Positions 30,091 to 39,974 of a stretch of 64,000 bases of DNA are shown piece by piece. Origin of the DNA: Nannocystales bacterium. Lineage in GTDB: Bacteria; Myxococcota_A; Polyangia; Nannocystales; Nannocystaceae. The translations under genes and the position numbers were made by a program. The stretch lies in the NCBI GenBank assembly GCA_050633305.1, contig JBOEGF010000016.1, forward strand, positions 1 through 64,000. The letters run 5' to 3'. Position 1 is the first letter of the stretch, and each line of letters starts with the position of its first letter. The notes below the pieces were generated by a model that was given only the letters and a program-made list of their open reading frames with translations, was not told the origin of the DNA and did no database searches.

Positions 30091-31673
30091 TCAAGGGGTC
30101 ACGAGCCGAAACAGTGGCCCGCTCTCGCAGGAATGCTGGTCGCCGTGGAAGGTGCAGCGCTGGTACGTGTCGGCGTCGGTACGTGGGAAGAACTGAGTCT
30201 TGCGCGGCGCGAGTTGGGTGCTGAGAAGCTTGGCGAGACAACGCCCCGACTCGGGTTCCACAGAGGCATCGGGTTCCACCTCCAGAAGCTCTCCCGTCCC
30301 AGGGTCCCAGTGCAGGGTCGCGCCCATCGGCTCAGAGCCGCACCGCCGAACCTGCTCCTCAACCTTCGCTTCGTTGAAAAAGTCGAGGTGGGTCGGCGGG
30401 CGAAACCCGGAGCCCGTGACATCGGTCGTGGAGTCCTTCAGCTGGATCTGAAGGACACGCGGCATCTCCAAGACGGTTCTCTCGGGGAGCCCCATCTTGG
30501 TTGCATCGCCTCTTCGCAAGCCGGCCTCGGCCACGGACATGCTGCCCTCGACACACGCGATCTGATCCGCGTCCAGGCCCTTGCTGTGCACGGTCTTGAT
30601 GTCGTCTACCGTCATCGCGCCGTCCTCGTGCAACCAGAACGAGAACGAGAGCCGGATTTCCGCGGGCTCCGGGTCTGCGTAGCAGTGGCGCATCGCCGGC
30701 CAGACCTGGCGTATCGACATGGCTGCGGACAGCAAGGGGTGAATGCTCCCGTCCGCGTTCGCCTCGCGGGATTCGTAGTCGTTCGAGGGCCCGTGGAGCT
30801 TCTGGCACTCGAGCAGGGCGGTGATGAACTGCTTCGAGCTCAGCTTCTGTCCGCTCGCGAGTACATCCGCCATCGAAGGGGCATCCTCCGGCGCGATCGG
30901 GGCCTCGCAGGGGTGCTTCTCGGCGTCGAAGTCGATCTCGAATCTTGGCGGTGCGTCGCGATATGGGCCTGCCGAGGGGCGGGCGACGGTCTGCGTGGCC
31001 GAACTCGCCTCCGGCACCGGAGCGTCTTGCGCTGTGTCCTGCGGACCCGTGGTTTCAATTTCCGACCCACACCCTGGGTTGAGCCCGGAGAGCAGCCACA
31101 AACACGTGGCTGCGACGACACCGCCGGCCGAGACCGACGCGAGGCCCAGTGGTGGGGCCGCGGCGGCTGCTCCTGGCGGAGCCTTCGCGAGCCACGGCGC
31201 AAGCGCCGATAGCCAGGCATCGCGGCCGCCGGTTCGGGCATCGAGTCTCTCCCGGAGCCTGGAAAGCGCACGCGCGTGTCGCGAGCGTACCGCCGATGCT
31301 GTCAGGCCAAGCCGTTGGGCGCATTCCGCGCTTCCCAATAGCGCATCACCAACAGGTCACGGTCGCCCTCGGAGAGGGACGCGAGATGCTCGAGGAGTTC
31401 CCGGCCCACCTGGAGCTGCTCGGCCGAGGCCGGGGAGGCCGTGGGAACCACGCCGGCTTCGCGTTGCGCTCGACGGGCCCGCGCTCGAAAGTTGGTCACG
31501 CGTCGGTTGCGGAGCAGCGCCCGAAGCCAGGGGCCAGGGGGGCGACCGGGCGACGGCGGAGTTTGCAGGGCGTCGACCCACGTGTCCTGTGCGAGGTCGT
31601 CGGCCTGGGCGCCGTCGTGGACCAGCTGAGCAGCCAACCGTCGGAGGGCTCGAGACTGTGCTTCGATGTTCAC
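30091..31673 (-). pseudogene. Frameshifted ECF sigma factor with fused membrane/periplasmic C-terminal domain
   Basis: Region 2 (ADDLAQDTWV) and start of region 4 (LSEGDRDLLVMRYWE) in one frame; AECAQRLGLTASAVRSRHARAL continues in another frame from about 31330. Confidence 0.75.
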
Positions 31674-31731
31674 GGCTTCCCTACGACACCGGCTGGGAAA
31701 GTGTCCCACGGAAGCCGGGGTTGGAGGTCCC

Positions 31732-32280
31732 TCAGCGGATCACGCCGCCGGGCACCGAGCGCGAGCGTTGCATCCAGGGGAGTCCGGTGCCGTAGTAGTC
31801 CCGCTGTGTCCGGTTGGAGGGGGCGCGAGAACCGCCGGTGGCGGGGCGGGCTTGTGGGGCCCGCATCGTGCAACCGAGGAAGTAAGAGGATGCCGTCCCC
31901 TCCTGCGTCGCCTCTGCATCAAGCTTCGCGCGTCGAGCCCCGCGATGAAACGCGCGAGAGGGCGTGCTGCCGTTGTCGAGGTGAAGCTCGATGTATGCGA
32001 CCAACAGCGTCTGTGTCTGTTCGGCGAGGGCAGGATTCCCCGTCCGGCTCGCGAGGCAGTTCTGTGCCCGTGCGAGATCCAAGACCAGCTCTTCGCCCGA
32101 CTCGTCGAGCAGCTCGAGCGCAGGGCGGTTCATGATCCGGTGCTGCAAGACCGCTGCTTGTGCGTACTGGTGATACAGCACGGCGCTGGGTGCTGGGTGC
32201 TGGGGGGTCGGGGTCGTCGCGCCGGTCGAGCAACCCATGAGACCGAGGACGCATCCGAGAATGAAGCTGGCGTGGCGCAT
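31732..32280 (-). CDS. Hypothetical lipoprotein
   Basis: MRHASFILGCVLGLMG-C lipobox; start 32280 or 32292. Confidence 0.6.
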   Translation of the reverse strand: MRHASFILGCVLGLMGCSTGATTPTPQHPAPSAVLYHQYAQAAVLQHRIMNRPALELLDESGEELVLDLARAQNCLASRTGNPALAEQTQTLLVAYIELHLDNGSTPSRAFHRGARRAKLDAEATQEGTASSYFLGCTMRAPQARPATGGSRAPSNRTQRDYYGTGLPWMQRSRSVPGGVIR

Positions 32281-32286
32281 CACTCT

Positions 32287-32315
32287 CGCCATGTCCGGCG
32301 CTGGGGAAATCTATG
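32287..32315 (-). promoter_or_regulatory. Copy 1 of a 29-bp putative ECF promoter motif
   Basis: CATAGATTTCCCCAGCGCCGGACATGGCG; 22/29 identical to 33504-33532 without gaps. Confidence 0.55.
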
Positions 32316-33492
32316 GTTGCTTGGCGTCGTTTTCTTTCGATGCACATGTGGCATCGATCCTGGGCAGCATGGGGCTGTTGGGGCGCGCAGCCCGAAGTGC
32401 ATCGGCGCGGCGCTTCGCCTCGGCGGGACGGTCATCGGCACACAGCGCATCAACCCAGAGCGCGGTGCGGCCATCCGGTAGGGCGGTCTTGGGGAAGCGT
32501 CGGTCGTGCTCGGAGAGGAGCTCGAGCGCTCGTTTCGGCCAACCGTTGCGGAGCGCCCGGTTTGCGGACTGCAGCAGCTTGGTATCCGCGGCCAGGTCGT
32601 AGGCGGGCTCGGGTGCGGGGGTTGGGGACGCACTCGCGCGGGTGCGTGCCTTCCGGACTGTTCGAGGCTTCGGTTGGCTGCGCGGACCCGGGCCGTCCGG
32701 CGAGCGCAGAGTCTTGGCGTCGGGCTGCGGGGGGGCTGGAGCTTGCGCAGCGGGTTCCGTCGGCGCGGCGGGCTTGCCGACTGCAGCTGCGGGCGCCACC
32801 TGGGCTTGGGGACTCGCAGGCGGGACCGACGGGGAGTCCTGACTCGTCGCGACACCAATGACGACGAGGCTTGCCGCGATGAGTGCACCTGCGGTCACGA
32901 GCTTGGAGCCCCACACCGCGCTGGAGGCCGAGAGCGCTGGCTGTAGCAGCAACCACCCGCCCGCTTTCGCCCGGGGCCGATCTCGTTTCGCTGCCCGCAG
33001 CGTCTCCTCCTGAGCAACCACGGCATGTTGAAAGCGTTTCCGGAGGACGCGGACGCGCCCGTAGACCGTGGGGAGTTTGCGGCCCAGTGCCGCCGCCAGC
33101 TCAGGCCCGGTCAGTCCATCGAGTTCCGAGAGCACGAACAGCTCCCGGTCCTCGGCGCTGAGCGTGGCCAAGAACCGATCGAGTGAAACCTTCGCACCCA
33201 CGTCGGATTCCAGGTCTGCGGCAGGGATGACCAGCTCGGCCGCGGCTGCATGGCGGGACTCTCGCCGCCCGCGCGTCCGTCGATAGTTGCTCGCGACCCG
33301 CCGTCCGATGCTGTACAGCCAGGATCTGGGACTCTGGCCATCGAAGGCACTGCGCCGTCGGTACGCCACGATGAACGTGTCGTGCACAGCGTCCTCCGCC
33401 GACATTGGACCCACCCCGAATCGGCACACAGTGGCCCACACGAAGCCGTAGTGCTCTTCGTAGAGGGTTCTGAAACTGGCGGTGCTCTGCAT
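32311..33492 (-). CDS. ECF sigma factor with C-terminal extension (TM, Pro-rich linker, TPR-like tail)
   Basis: FRTLYEEHYGFVW, AEDAVHDTF, SWLYSI, DRELFVLSELDGLTGPELA; tail ALELLSEHDRRFP; start ATG 33492 inferred. Confidence 0.85.
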   Translation of the reverse strand: MQSTASFRTLYEEHYGFVWATVCRFGVGPMSAEDAVHDTFIVAYRRRSAFDGQSPRSWLYSIGRRVASNYRRTRGRRESRHAAAAELVIPAADLESDVGAKVSLDRFLATLSAEDRELFVLSELDGLTGPELAAALGRKLPTVYGRVRVLRKRFQHAVVAQEETLRAAKRDRPRAKAGGWLLLQPALSASSAVWGSKLVTAGALIAASLVVIGVATSQDSPSVPPASPQAQVAPAAAVGKPAAPTEPAAQAPAPPQPDAKTLRSPDGPGPRSQPKPRTVRKARTRASASPTPAPEPAYDLAADTKLLQSANRALRNGWPKRALELLSEHDRRFPKTALPDGRTALWVDALCADDRPAEAKRRADALRAARPNSPMLPRIDATCASKENDAKQP

Positions 33493-33503
33493 CGGTGCAC
33501 CCA

Positions 33504-33532
33504 CGCCATGTCCGGCTGACGGAGAATCCATG
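33504..33532 (-). promoter_or_regulatory. Copy 2 of the 29-bp putative ECF promoter motif
   Basis: CATGGATTCTCCGTCAGCCGGACATGGCG, 11 nt before ATG 33492. Confidence 0.55.
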
Positions 33533-33540
33533 CGCCAGCC

Positions 33541-34590
33541 TCAAAAAAAACCGATCTCGAGGCCCGCGAGCAGCCGGACCGAACCATTCGCCGGGCTGTA
33601 GATCGCGTCGTTGGCGAGTCGGAGGTTTCCGCGGACGACCGCACCGACCCCTTCGACGGCCAGGAACAAGCTGAGGCGTTCGAACTTTCGAACCGCTCCT
33701 GCACTGAGCATCGGCCCGGCCCAGAGCCCCGAGATGGTCTCCTGTCCCGAACCTCGGTCGGTCCGCGCGAGGGTGCCTCCGACCTCGGCCCCCGCGCAAA
33801 CCGGAAACCTCCACGTGTCGCCCCCCGGAAAACCGCAGCCGCGGATCAGGCCCACGACGGACTGGACCTGTGCGTTGCCCAGTCGGGGCGGGGTTGGTCG
33901 CGGTGCAACCCACGCGACGTCTGCTTGGATGCGAGCCCATCTCCAGTTGAACCCCCCGCCCGCTGCGATCCGGGCGCTCAGGCTTGGGGTGGCGCCGAGC
34001 TCTGGGCCCGTGGACAAGGCCGCAAAAAAGCGGCGGCGCTTCCGGGCCAGGGGCGGTTGGGTCGGAGTCTCGGGCGCGGGCGGTTGGACGCGTGGCTCCG
34101 CCTCTGGGTCTGGTTCTGGTTCTGGTTTCAGTTCCGGTTCTCGCTCGGCTTCAGGTGCTGGGCCCGAGGTGCGCTCAGGCGCCGCGACAGCTGCTGGATC
34201 TGGTTCGTGAAGCGCCGGTTCCAGCGCGAACGCGAACAGGGTCGCTGTGGCCTCCGCCAAGTCTTGGCACGTCGCCCCGCGAAACTTTCGAACGTCGGTG
34301 TAGTCGCCGAGCCGGGTCGTCAGGACGAGGCGCCAGGTCGCGCGGCTGGTTCGGGTGACGACCGCATGGGCTTCGAGCGTTCCGACGCCCTTGGGTTGTC
34401 CGGTGAGCAGGGCCTCGTAGAGTGACTCGACATCGGCTCCGCTTGGGCATTCCTGCGGCGCGTCCCATACCAACTCCACCGCCGCTGGAGGGGTGGGCGG
34501 AGACAGTGGTGTGGGCGCCAACGCGAGCAAGCCGAACACGCGACTCACAGCATAGCCGGGTTTGGCGCGCCAACAACGCGATGGGGTCAC
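33541..34590 (-). CDS. Hypothetical exported protein with beta-strand-rich C-terminus
   Basis: WDAPQECP motif, EP-rich linker, ends LAGLEIGFF; overlaps the upstream gene stop. Confidence 0.7.
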   Translation of the reverse strand: MTPSRCWRAKPGYAVSRVFGLLALAPTPLSPPTPPAAVELVWDAPQECPSGADVESLYEALLTGQPKGVGTLEAHAVVTRTSRATWRLVLTTRLGDYTDVRKFRGATCQDLAEATATLFAFALEPALHEPDPAAVAAPERTSGPAPEAEREPELKPEPEPDPEAEPRVQPPAPETPTQPPLARKRRRFFAALSTGPELGATPSLSARIAAGGGFNWRWARIQADVAWVAPRPTPPRLGNAQVQSVVGLIRGCGFPGGDTWRFPVCAGAEVGGTLARTDRGSGQETISGLWAGPMLSAGAVRKFERLSLFLAVEGVGAVVRGNLRLANDAIYSPANGSVRLLAGLEIGFF

Positions 34591-35186
34591 CCGCCAGCTT
34601 CAGCATCGCACGAGAAGCCGTTGATGCACTCGTCGCTGCTCTCACAGACGCACACGCCATCGGGGTTACACGTGTCGAGCAGACAGGGCTGCCCGACATC
34701 ACAGCGTTCGCGGCAGTAGCCCTGCCCATCGGTGGTCTCGCCGCCGCAGGCGAAGCCGGTCCCCAGTCCGGCGCAGGGCTCGTCGTCTTGGCAGGTCACG
34801 ACGCATTGCGGAACTCCGTCCACGTCGTGGCATGTGGAGCCGGGCGTCAGCGACTCGCACTGGGCGTCGGTCTCGCAGGGAGCCGGTACACAAAGCCCGC
34901 CCGCGCATCCGAAGTTCGCGGGGAAATCGTTCGACGGGCAGGGGTCGAGGCCCGCGGGGCAGCAGTCCGCGGCGAAGTTGCACTCGCGCCTGCAGGTTGG
35001 GAACTCGGGGGTGTAGACCGGCCCCGGCTCGCCCGTCGAGGATGACGACGCGGCTGCGGTAGACGACGAGCTGGAACTCGCGGCCGCGGTGGCCCCGGTC
35101 GAAGAACCCGTCGCGCTGCCTTCATCCGACGACCCGCCGTCGCACGCGGCACAAACCAACACCAGGGCGCACAAGGCAGCTCGCAT
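34587..35186 (-). CDS. Cys-rich lipoprotein
   Basis: LVLVCAA-C; Ser linker; repeated CxxDxxC modules. Confidence 0.8.
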   Translation of the reverse strand: MRAALCALVLVCAACDGGSSDEGSATGSSTGATAAASSSSSSTAAASSSSTGEPGPVYTPEFPTCRRECNFAADCCPAGLDPCPSNDFPANFGCAGGLCVPAPCETDAQCESLTPGSTCHDVDGVPQCVVTCQDDEPCAGLGTGFACGGETTDGQGYCRERCDVGQPCLLDTCNPDGVCVCESSDECINGFSCDAEAGG

Positions 35187-35223
35187 CGGGGGAGTCTACC
35201 GAAAGCGAGGGGCGCGACGGCCC

Positions 35224-36411
35224 CTACTCGCCCCAGCAATACTCGTCGTACAAGAACAACGCAAAGCCCGCGGACGGAAATACCGCCGCCGTTCCAGTCC
35301 CAGAGCACTCATTGCCGTCACGAGAGACTCCGAAGACCAGCTCCGTCGTGTGCAGGACCGCCTCGTCGAGGTTGAGACCTTCAGCATCGACCACGGCGCT
35401 CAACTCCGCATCCGCGCCATATAGGCCGCCCAGGACGTAGCGGGTGTCCTCCGCGGTGAACTCGCCCGGCGCTCCGATCCACTGGTGCATCGCCGCTCCG
35501 GGCCCGAACCCGTTGAGGCGGCGGGTGAGGGCGAGGAAGGATTCCGGCGAGGGAACCTCTCCTTCCCATCGGGCGCTCGCGGCCGCAGCTGTGCACCTCA
35601 CTGCGGGAGGTGCACAGTAGTCTGACGCCCGTACGGCGCCCTCGTAGGCTTCGATGCGCGAGTCGGTCCCGAGTCCAATGCCGACCGGGGGTGCGACGTA
35701 GCGTTGGTCCCAGACGTCCACACAGCTGGCGAAATCTTGATCGTAGTTGTCGCATCGCGCATCGCCGCTCAAAGCACAGCGCGCGTCTTCTTCGACCCAC
35801 GGCTCGCACAGCTGAACCATCTGCGGGGCGTCCAACTGATAGCTCTGTTCCGCGCCTTGCTGCTCGAAGCAGCGCATCAGCGAGTCTTCGAAGCGCTCGG
35901 GGCAAACCGGTGGCTCGAGCTCGCAGCTATCGCTGGCACAACCGAGGCTGAGCCGGAAGTTCCCTCGCCCCGTGGCGCCCTTGGTGCCCACAACCACCGT
36001 GTAGTCGCCGTCGGCGTACAGGCGGAAGTCTTGGATGCGGCTGAGCGTTCCCCAGCCAGCGTCGTCATCGAACGCGATCTGGGTTGGCGCGCTGCCGTCG
36101 GGAGAGTCACGATACAAGAACAGTGTGGTGTCCAGGCCGCGAGAAGAGCCGGCCTGGGTGATCTCAATGTCCAGCACCGCGTTTTTCCGTGCGGAGAATC
36201 CGTACTCGTAGAACTGGAAGTCTGCGTCGAAGACCTGCTCGGGCGTGTCGCCGAAGCCGATGAACCCGCCATCCTCGACGCCGTTGAACTCATCGTTCTT
36301 GCCGTCGAGGGACGGCTCGACCAGGCCCCCGTCACCGCTACTGGGGGGCGCGGAATCACAAGCTGAGAGGGAAAGCGAACTCAGAAGGAGGAGGTTCCAG
36401 CGGGTGTTCAT
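35224..36411 (-). CDS. Lipoprotein with PPC-like (pre-peptidase C-terminal) domain
   Basis: LSLSA-C lipobox, GKND motif, LDTTLFLY...AFDDDAGWG...DGDYTVVV. Confidence 0.75.
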   Translation of the reverse strand: MNTRWNLLLLSSLSLSACDSAPPSSGDGGLVEPSLDGKNDEFNGVEDGGFIGFGDTPEQVFDADFQFYEYGFSARKNAVLDIEITQAGSSRGLDTTLFLYRDSPDGSAPTQIAFDDDAGWGTLSRIQDFRLYADGDYTVVVGTKGATGRGNFRLSLGCASDSCELEPPVCPERFEDSLMRCFEQQGAEQSYQLDAPQMVQLCEPWVEEDARCALSGDARCDNYDQDFASCVDVWDQRYVAPPVGIGLGTDSRIEAYEGAVRASDYCAPPAVRCTAAAASARWEGEVPSPESFLALTRRLNGFGPGAAMHQWIGAPGEFTAEDTRYVLGGLYGADAELSAVVDAEGLNLDEAVLHTTELVFGVSRDGNECSGTGTAAVFPSAGFALFLYDEYCWGE

Positions 36412-36478
36412 GAGGCCGGCTGTGGTAGACGAACAAGTCCTGTCGGGTGTTTCGCCACATTTCGAAAAAAGCGCGTCC

Positions 36479-38968
36479 ATGTCGGAAGCGTCTGAAAATG
36501 CAACCGAACGTCCTCCAGGTCGTCTCTTCCGGGCACCGGTGACGGGCGAGGACAACGAGGAATGCGGTCAGCGGCTCGACGCTCTGCTGAGCGAGGCTCC
36601 GACTTCGGGCCCTGAAGGCGCCCGCGTGCTGACCCAGCTTCGCCATCGCTTGTTCGGCATCGAGGCGGCTGCGTCCGTCGGTCGGTACACCGAACTACAC
36701 GCCGTTGGGCGGGGTGGGATCGGTGCGGTGTACCGGGCTTGGGACCCGGTGCTCAAACGCCACGTTGCACTCAAGTTCCTACGGCTCAGTGGTGCGAGGG
36801 AGCGGAGGTGCCTGGTGCAGGAGGCGAGGACCGCGGCCCGGCTCAATCACCCGAACATCGCGCAAGTCTTCGACGTCGGCGAGCATGGAGGAGAAGCGTT
36901 TATCGCGATGGAGTTCGTCGACGGGCAGGATCTCGACGCTTGGCTGACTCTCGAGCCTCGTTCGGTGGCGGAGATCCTCGGTGTGCTGTGCTTGGCGGGC
37001 CGGGGCCTGGCTGCGGCGCATGCGGCAGGAGTTGCCCATCTCGATTTCAAGCCTCGCAACGTCCTCGTGGGTCGCGACGGCACGGTGCGTGTCGCAGACT
37101 TTGGACTGGCCCGGAGCGTCGAGGTGCACCGTGGGGCCTCGGCGTGGACTGGCGGAACGCCAAGGTACTCAGCACCACACGTACCGGCCGAGCTTCAGGT
37201 CCTCGAAGATGCGCGACGGACAGACCAGTACGCATTCGCGGTGACCGCCTGGGAGTCGCTCTGTCGTCAGGCCGGGCATCGCTTGCCACGAACGCCGACG
37301 TCCGAGCCACTCCCAGGCGGGGTTGGCGTCGAGGTGGCGCAAGCGTTGAAAGTCGCGCTCGCGCCGGACCCGGCGCATCGCTTCGATTCGGTCGATGCGC
37401 TTCTTGATGCCATGGAGTCGTCGGAGCGGCGGACGTCAGTCGGGCTCATATTCGTGGCTTCGGTCGGCGTCGCTCTGGTCGGACTCATGTTCGCGTTGTT
37501 CGGGGGTAACCCGGAGCCACGGCAAGGCCGGGCCGAGACCCTTCGTGTGTCGCCCGACCCCGAAGTGGTGTTGCGGGGTCCTCGAGAGTTGCTCAGGTCG
37601 GGTGAGCTCGACCGGGCCGCGGCGCGGTTCGAAGCCATCTACCTGGAGTCGGCGCAGGCGGCAGACCCTCCACTCGCGCTTCGAAGCGCGGTCGCCATGG
37701 CCGACATTTCGAGTCGGCGCGCAGAACCCCGGCAGACCGATCGCTGGGTCGGTCATGCGCGTACGTGGGAGGCCCGCGTCCCGGCCGGAAGCACCGCGCT
37801 CGTCGACCTCGAACTCCTCGAGGCGCACAGAGCTCGAAAGAGAGGACATCTCGTCGAGGCTCGAGCGCTTGCGGATCGGGCTTGGGACCGTTGCGGCGCT
37901 GATCTCCGGCACCCCGCTGCGGTCGCGGCCTTGGTCGAGGTCGGTCAGGTCGCGGTTGAGCAGGCTCGCCTTGGGGATGCTGCTCGGGCGTTCGAAGATG
38001 GCCTGAGGGCGGCTGAGCATGTGACGGACGAGCGTCGCGGTGTGCGGGCCTCGGTCCTCCTCGGCTTGGGCAACGCCTTGTGGGCGCTGGACGACCTGGC
38101 AGGAGCCGCGAAAGCGTACGAAGAGTCGCTCGAGTCATGGACGAGGCTGTACGGTCGTGAGCACGTCCGATCCGCGACGGCAGTGATGAATCTTGGGCTG
38201 ACACATCGAGCACGGGGTCGATTCGACGAGGCTCGGACACTGTTGAAAGAGGCGGCCGAGATCTTGGAGCGGGTCGCGGGTCCGGACTCACCCGACACAG
38301 CCCTGGCCTTCATCAACCTCGGCACGGTGGAGTCCGACATGGGGGACTGGCATGCGTCCGCGTCCCACCATCGTCGTGCTGCCGTGATCTTCGAGGCCGC
38401 GTGGGGAGCAGACCACCCGCGCGTCGCGTTGGCGTTGGGCAACCTTGGGGCCGCCCTCGCCGACGCCGGCGAACTCGAAAAGGCGGTGGAAGCCTATGAA
38501 TCCTCGCTCGAGATTCTTCGGGCGACCCACGGCACCGACCACCCCTCGGTTGCCACGAACCTGCACAATCTCGCCGTGGCATACCGTCGCTCGGGTGACT
38601 CTCGCGCAGAACTCGTCGACCGCGAAGCACTCCGGATGTTTGAGGATGCGGGTGGCGCCCACCACCGCAACATCCTTGGTGCTGTTCTCGGTCTCGCCTT
38701 CGATGCAGGAGCGCGCCACGCCTGGAAGGAATCGGAAGCACTCGCCATGCGTGCCCTCGACCTCGAGCCCGCGGACCCGCTGCTGCGGGCGCTCGCGCAG
38801 ATCCGGGTGGGTCGGGCACGGGTTGAGCTGTCGGTGAGTTCGGGCGAGCGAGAACTGGAGCAGGCCGAGATTCTGCTCGACGCCTTGGGCCCCCGGGGCG
38901 ACGGCGCTCGTGCCGAACTCGCCCGGGCGAGGGCCGGGCGCTCACCATACCGGGGCAGGTCGAAGTGA
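36479..38968 (+). CDS. Ser/Thr kinase with TM helix and TPR repeats
   Basis: VGRGGIGAV, VALKFL, HLDFKPRN, DFG, GGTPRYSAPH; GADHPRVA-type TPRs. Confidence 0.88.
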   Translation: MSEASENATERPPGRLFRAPVTGEDNEECGQRLDALLSEAPTSGPEGARVLTQLRHRLFGIEAAASVGRYTELHAVGRGGIGAVYRAWDPVLKRHVALKFLRLSGARERRCLVQEARTAARLNHPNIAQVFDVGEHGGEAFIAMEFVDGQDLDAWLTLEPRSVAEILGVLCLAGRGLAAAHAAGVAHLDFKPRNVLVGRDGTVRVADFGLARSVEVHRGASAWTGGTPRYSAPHVPAELQVLEDARRTDQYAFAVTAWESLCRQAGHRLPRTPTSEPLPGGVGVEVAQALKVALAPDPAHRFDSVDALLDAMESSERRTSVGLIFVASVGVALVGLMFALFGGNPEPRQGRAETLRVSPDPEVVLRGPRELLRSGELDRAAARFEAIYLESAQAADPPLALRSAVAMADISSRRAEPRQTDRWVGHARTWEARVPAGSTALVDLELLEAHRARKRGHLVEARALADRAWDRCGADLRHPAAVAALVEVGQVAVEQARLGDAARAFEDGLRAAEHVTDERRGVRASVLLGLGNALWALDDLAGAAKAYEESLESWTRLYGREHVRSATAVMNLGLTHRARGRFDEARTLLKEAAEILERVAGPDSPDTALAFINLGTVESDMGDWHASASHHRRAAVIFEAAWGADHPRVALALGNLGAALADAGELEKAVEAYESSLEILRATHGTDHPSVATNLHNLAVAYRRSGDSRAELVDREALRMFEDAGGAHHRNILGAVLGLAFDAGARHAWKESEALAMRALDLEPADPLLRALAQIRVGRARVELSVSSGERELEQAEILLDALGPRGDGARAELARARAGRSPYRGRSK

Positions 38969-39516
38969 GCGGGGAGCCACCGGACCGGGTTCTCTTCGAA
39001 GACTGGGCCCAGGGGGATGCAGCCGCGGGCGACGCCCTGTTGAGGCGTCACTTCGAGTCGCTCTTTCGCTTCTTCAGCAACAAGCTCGACTCCGAGATCG
39101 AGGACATGCTTCAGACGACGATGCTCCGGTGTGTCGAGCATCGGGAACGGTTCGCGGGTCACTCCTCGTTTCGGACGTACCTGTTCTCGATCGCTCGAAA
39201 CCTACTCATCGACCGAATCCGCCAGCGCTACGGCCCGCGGGGGGCGGTCGACTTCACAGAGGTCTCTCTCGCAGACCTCGGCACGAGTCCAAGTCAGGCG
39301 GTCCTTCGTGACGAGCGCAGACGAGCCGTTTGTTTCGCGCTTCGCCGACTCCCCTTGGACTACCAGATTCCCATCGAGCTTGCGTACTGGGAGAACCTCA
39401 ACGCAACCGAGATCGGGGAGGTGCTGAACGTATCGCCTGCGACCGTGCGGACACGGCTGCGGCGAGCTCGTCAGCGGCTGGGTTCCCATCTTGGCGCGCT
39501 TGCGGCCGAGCCCTAG
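38965..39516 (+). CDS. ECF sigma factor
   Basis: IEDMLQTT, SSFRTYLFSIARN, LPLDYQIPIELAYWE, TVRTRLRRAR; GTGA overlap with the kinase. Confidence 0.92.
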   Translation: MSGEPPDRVLFEDWAQGDAAAGDALLRRHFESLFRFFSNKLDSEIEDMLQTTMLRCVEHRERFAGHSSFRTYLFSIARNLLIDRIRQRYGPRGAVDFTEVSLADLGTSPSQAVLRDERRRAVCFALRRLPLDYQIPIELAYWENLNATEIGEVLNVSPATVRTRLRRARQRLGSHLGALAAEP

Positions 39517-39635
39517 CTAGTTGGTGTCCAACTCGGAGAACGCGGCACGGACGTTTGCGACCATGGCAGTCTTGTCGTCGTCCGCAGGCGGAGGCGCGTT
39601 GGCCTGCAGCAACGCGACGTTCTCCGTGTGGCGAG

Positions 39636-39974
39636 CTACTCCACCCGAGGCGGGCAGCATTGGGGGACCAGGGCTTTCGCCTCGTCCACGATTCCCTGGA
39701 GCTCGTCGAGAAAGTGCATCCCGTTGATCTCGTAGACTGCACGTCGACCGTCGCGGCGGCGCGTCACGATCTGCGCGTCTTGCAGCACCTTGAGGTGTCG
39801 AGAGATGACCGAGCGGTCCTGCGGCAAGTCGTCGGCGATCGTGGCGATGTCGGCCTCGCCGCGCACCATCACGACCCGTAGAACCTCGAGGCGAGAGGGT
39901 TCGAGAAACGCCCGGAGGATCGGGGAGTCGAACAGCTCGACCAACTTGGTGGCCGCACCGGCACGGGAGATCAC
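39636..39974 (-). CDS. ArsR/SmtB-family transcriptional regulator
   Basis: EPSRLEVL, QDRSVISRHLKVLQDAQIV, RRDGRRAVY; C-terminal CC. Confidence 0.9.
   Translation of the reverse strand: MISRAGAATKLVELFDSPILRAFLEPSRLEVLRVVMVRGEADIATIADDLPQDRSVISRHLKVLQDAQIVTRRRDGRRAVYEINGMHFLDELQGIVDEAKALVPQCCPPRVE

Noticed and set aside
34105..34145. Short (tctggt)n repeat, and (gagctc)n near 63030-63065
   Set aside because: Simple codon repeats for EP and Ser linkers.
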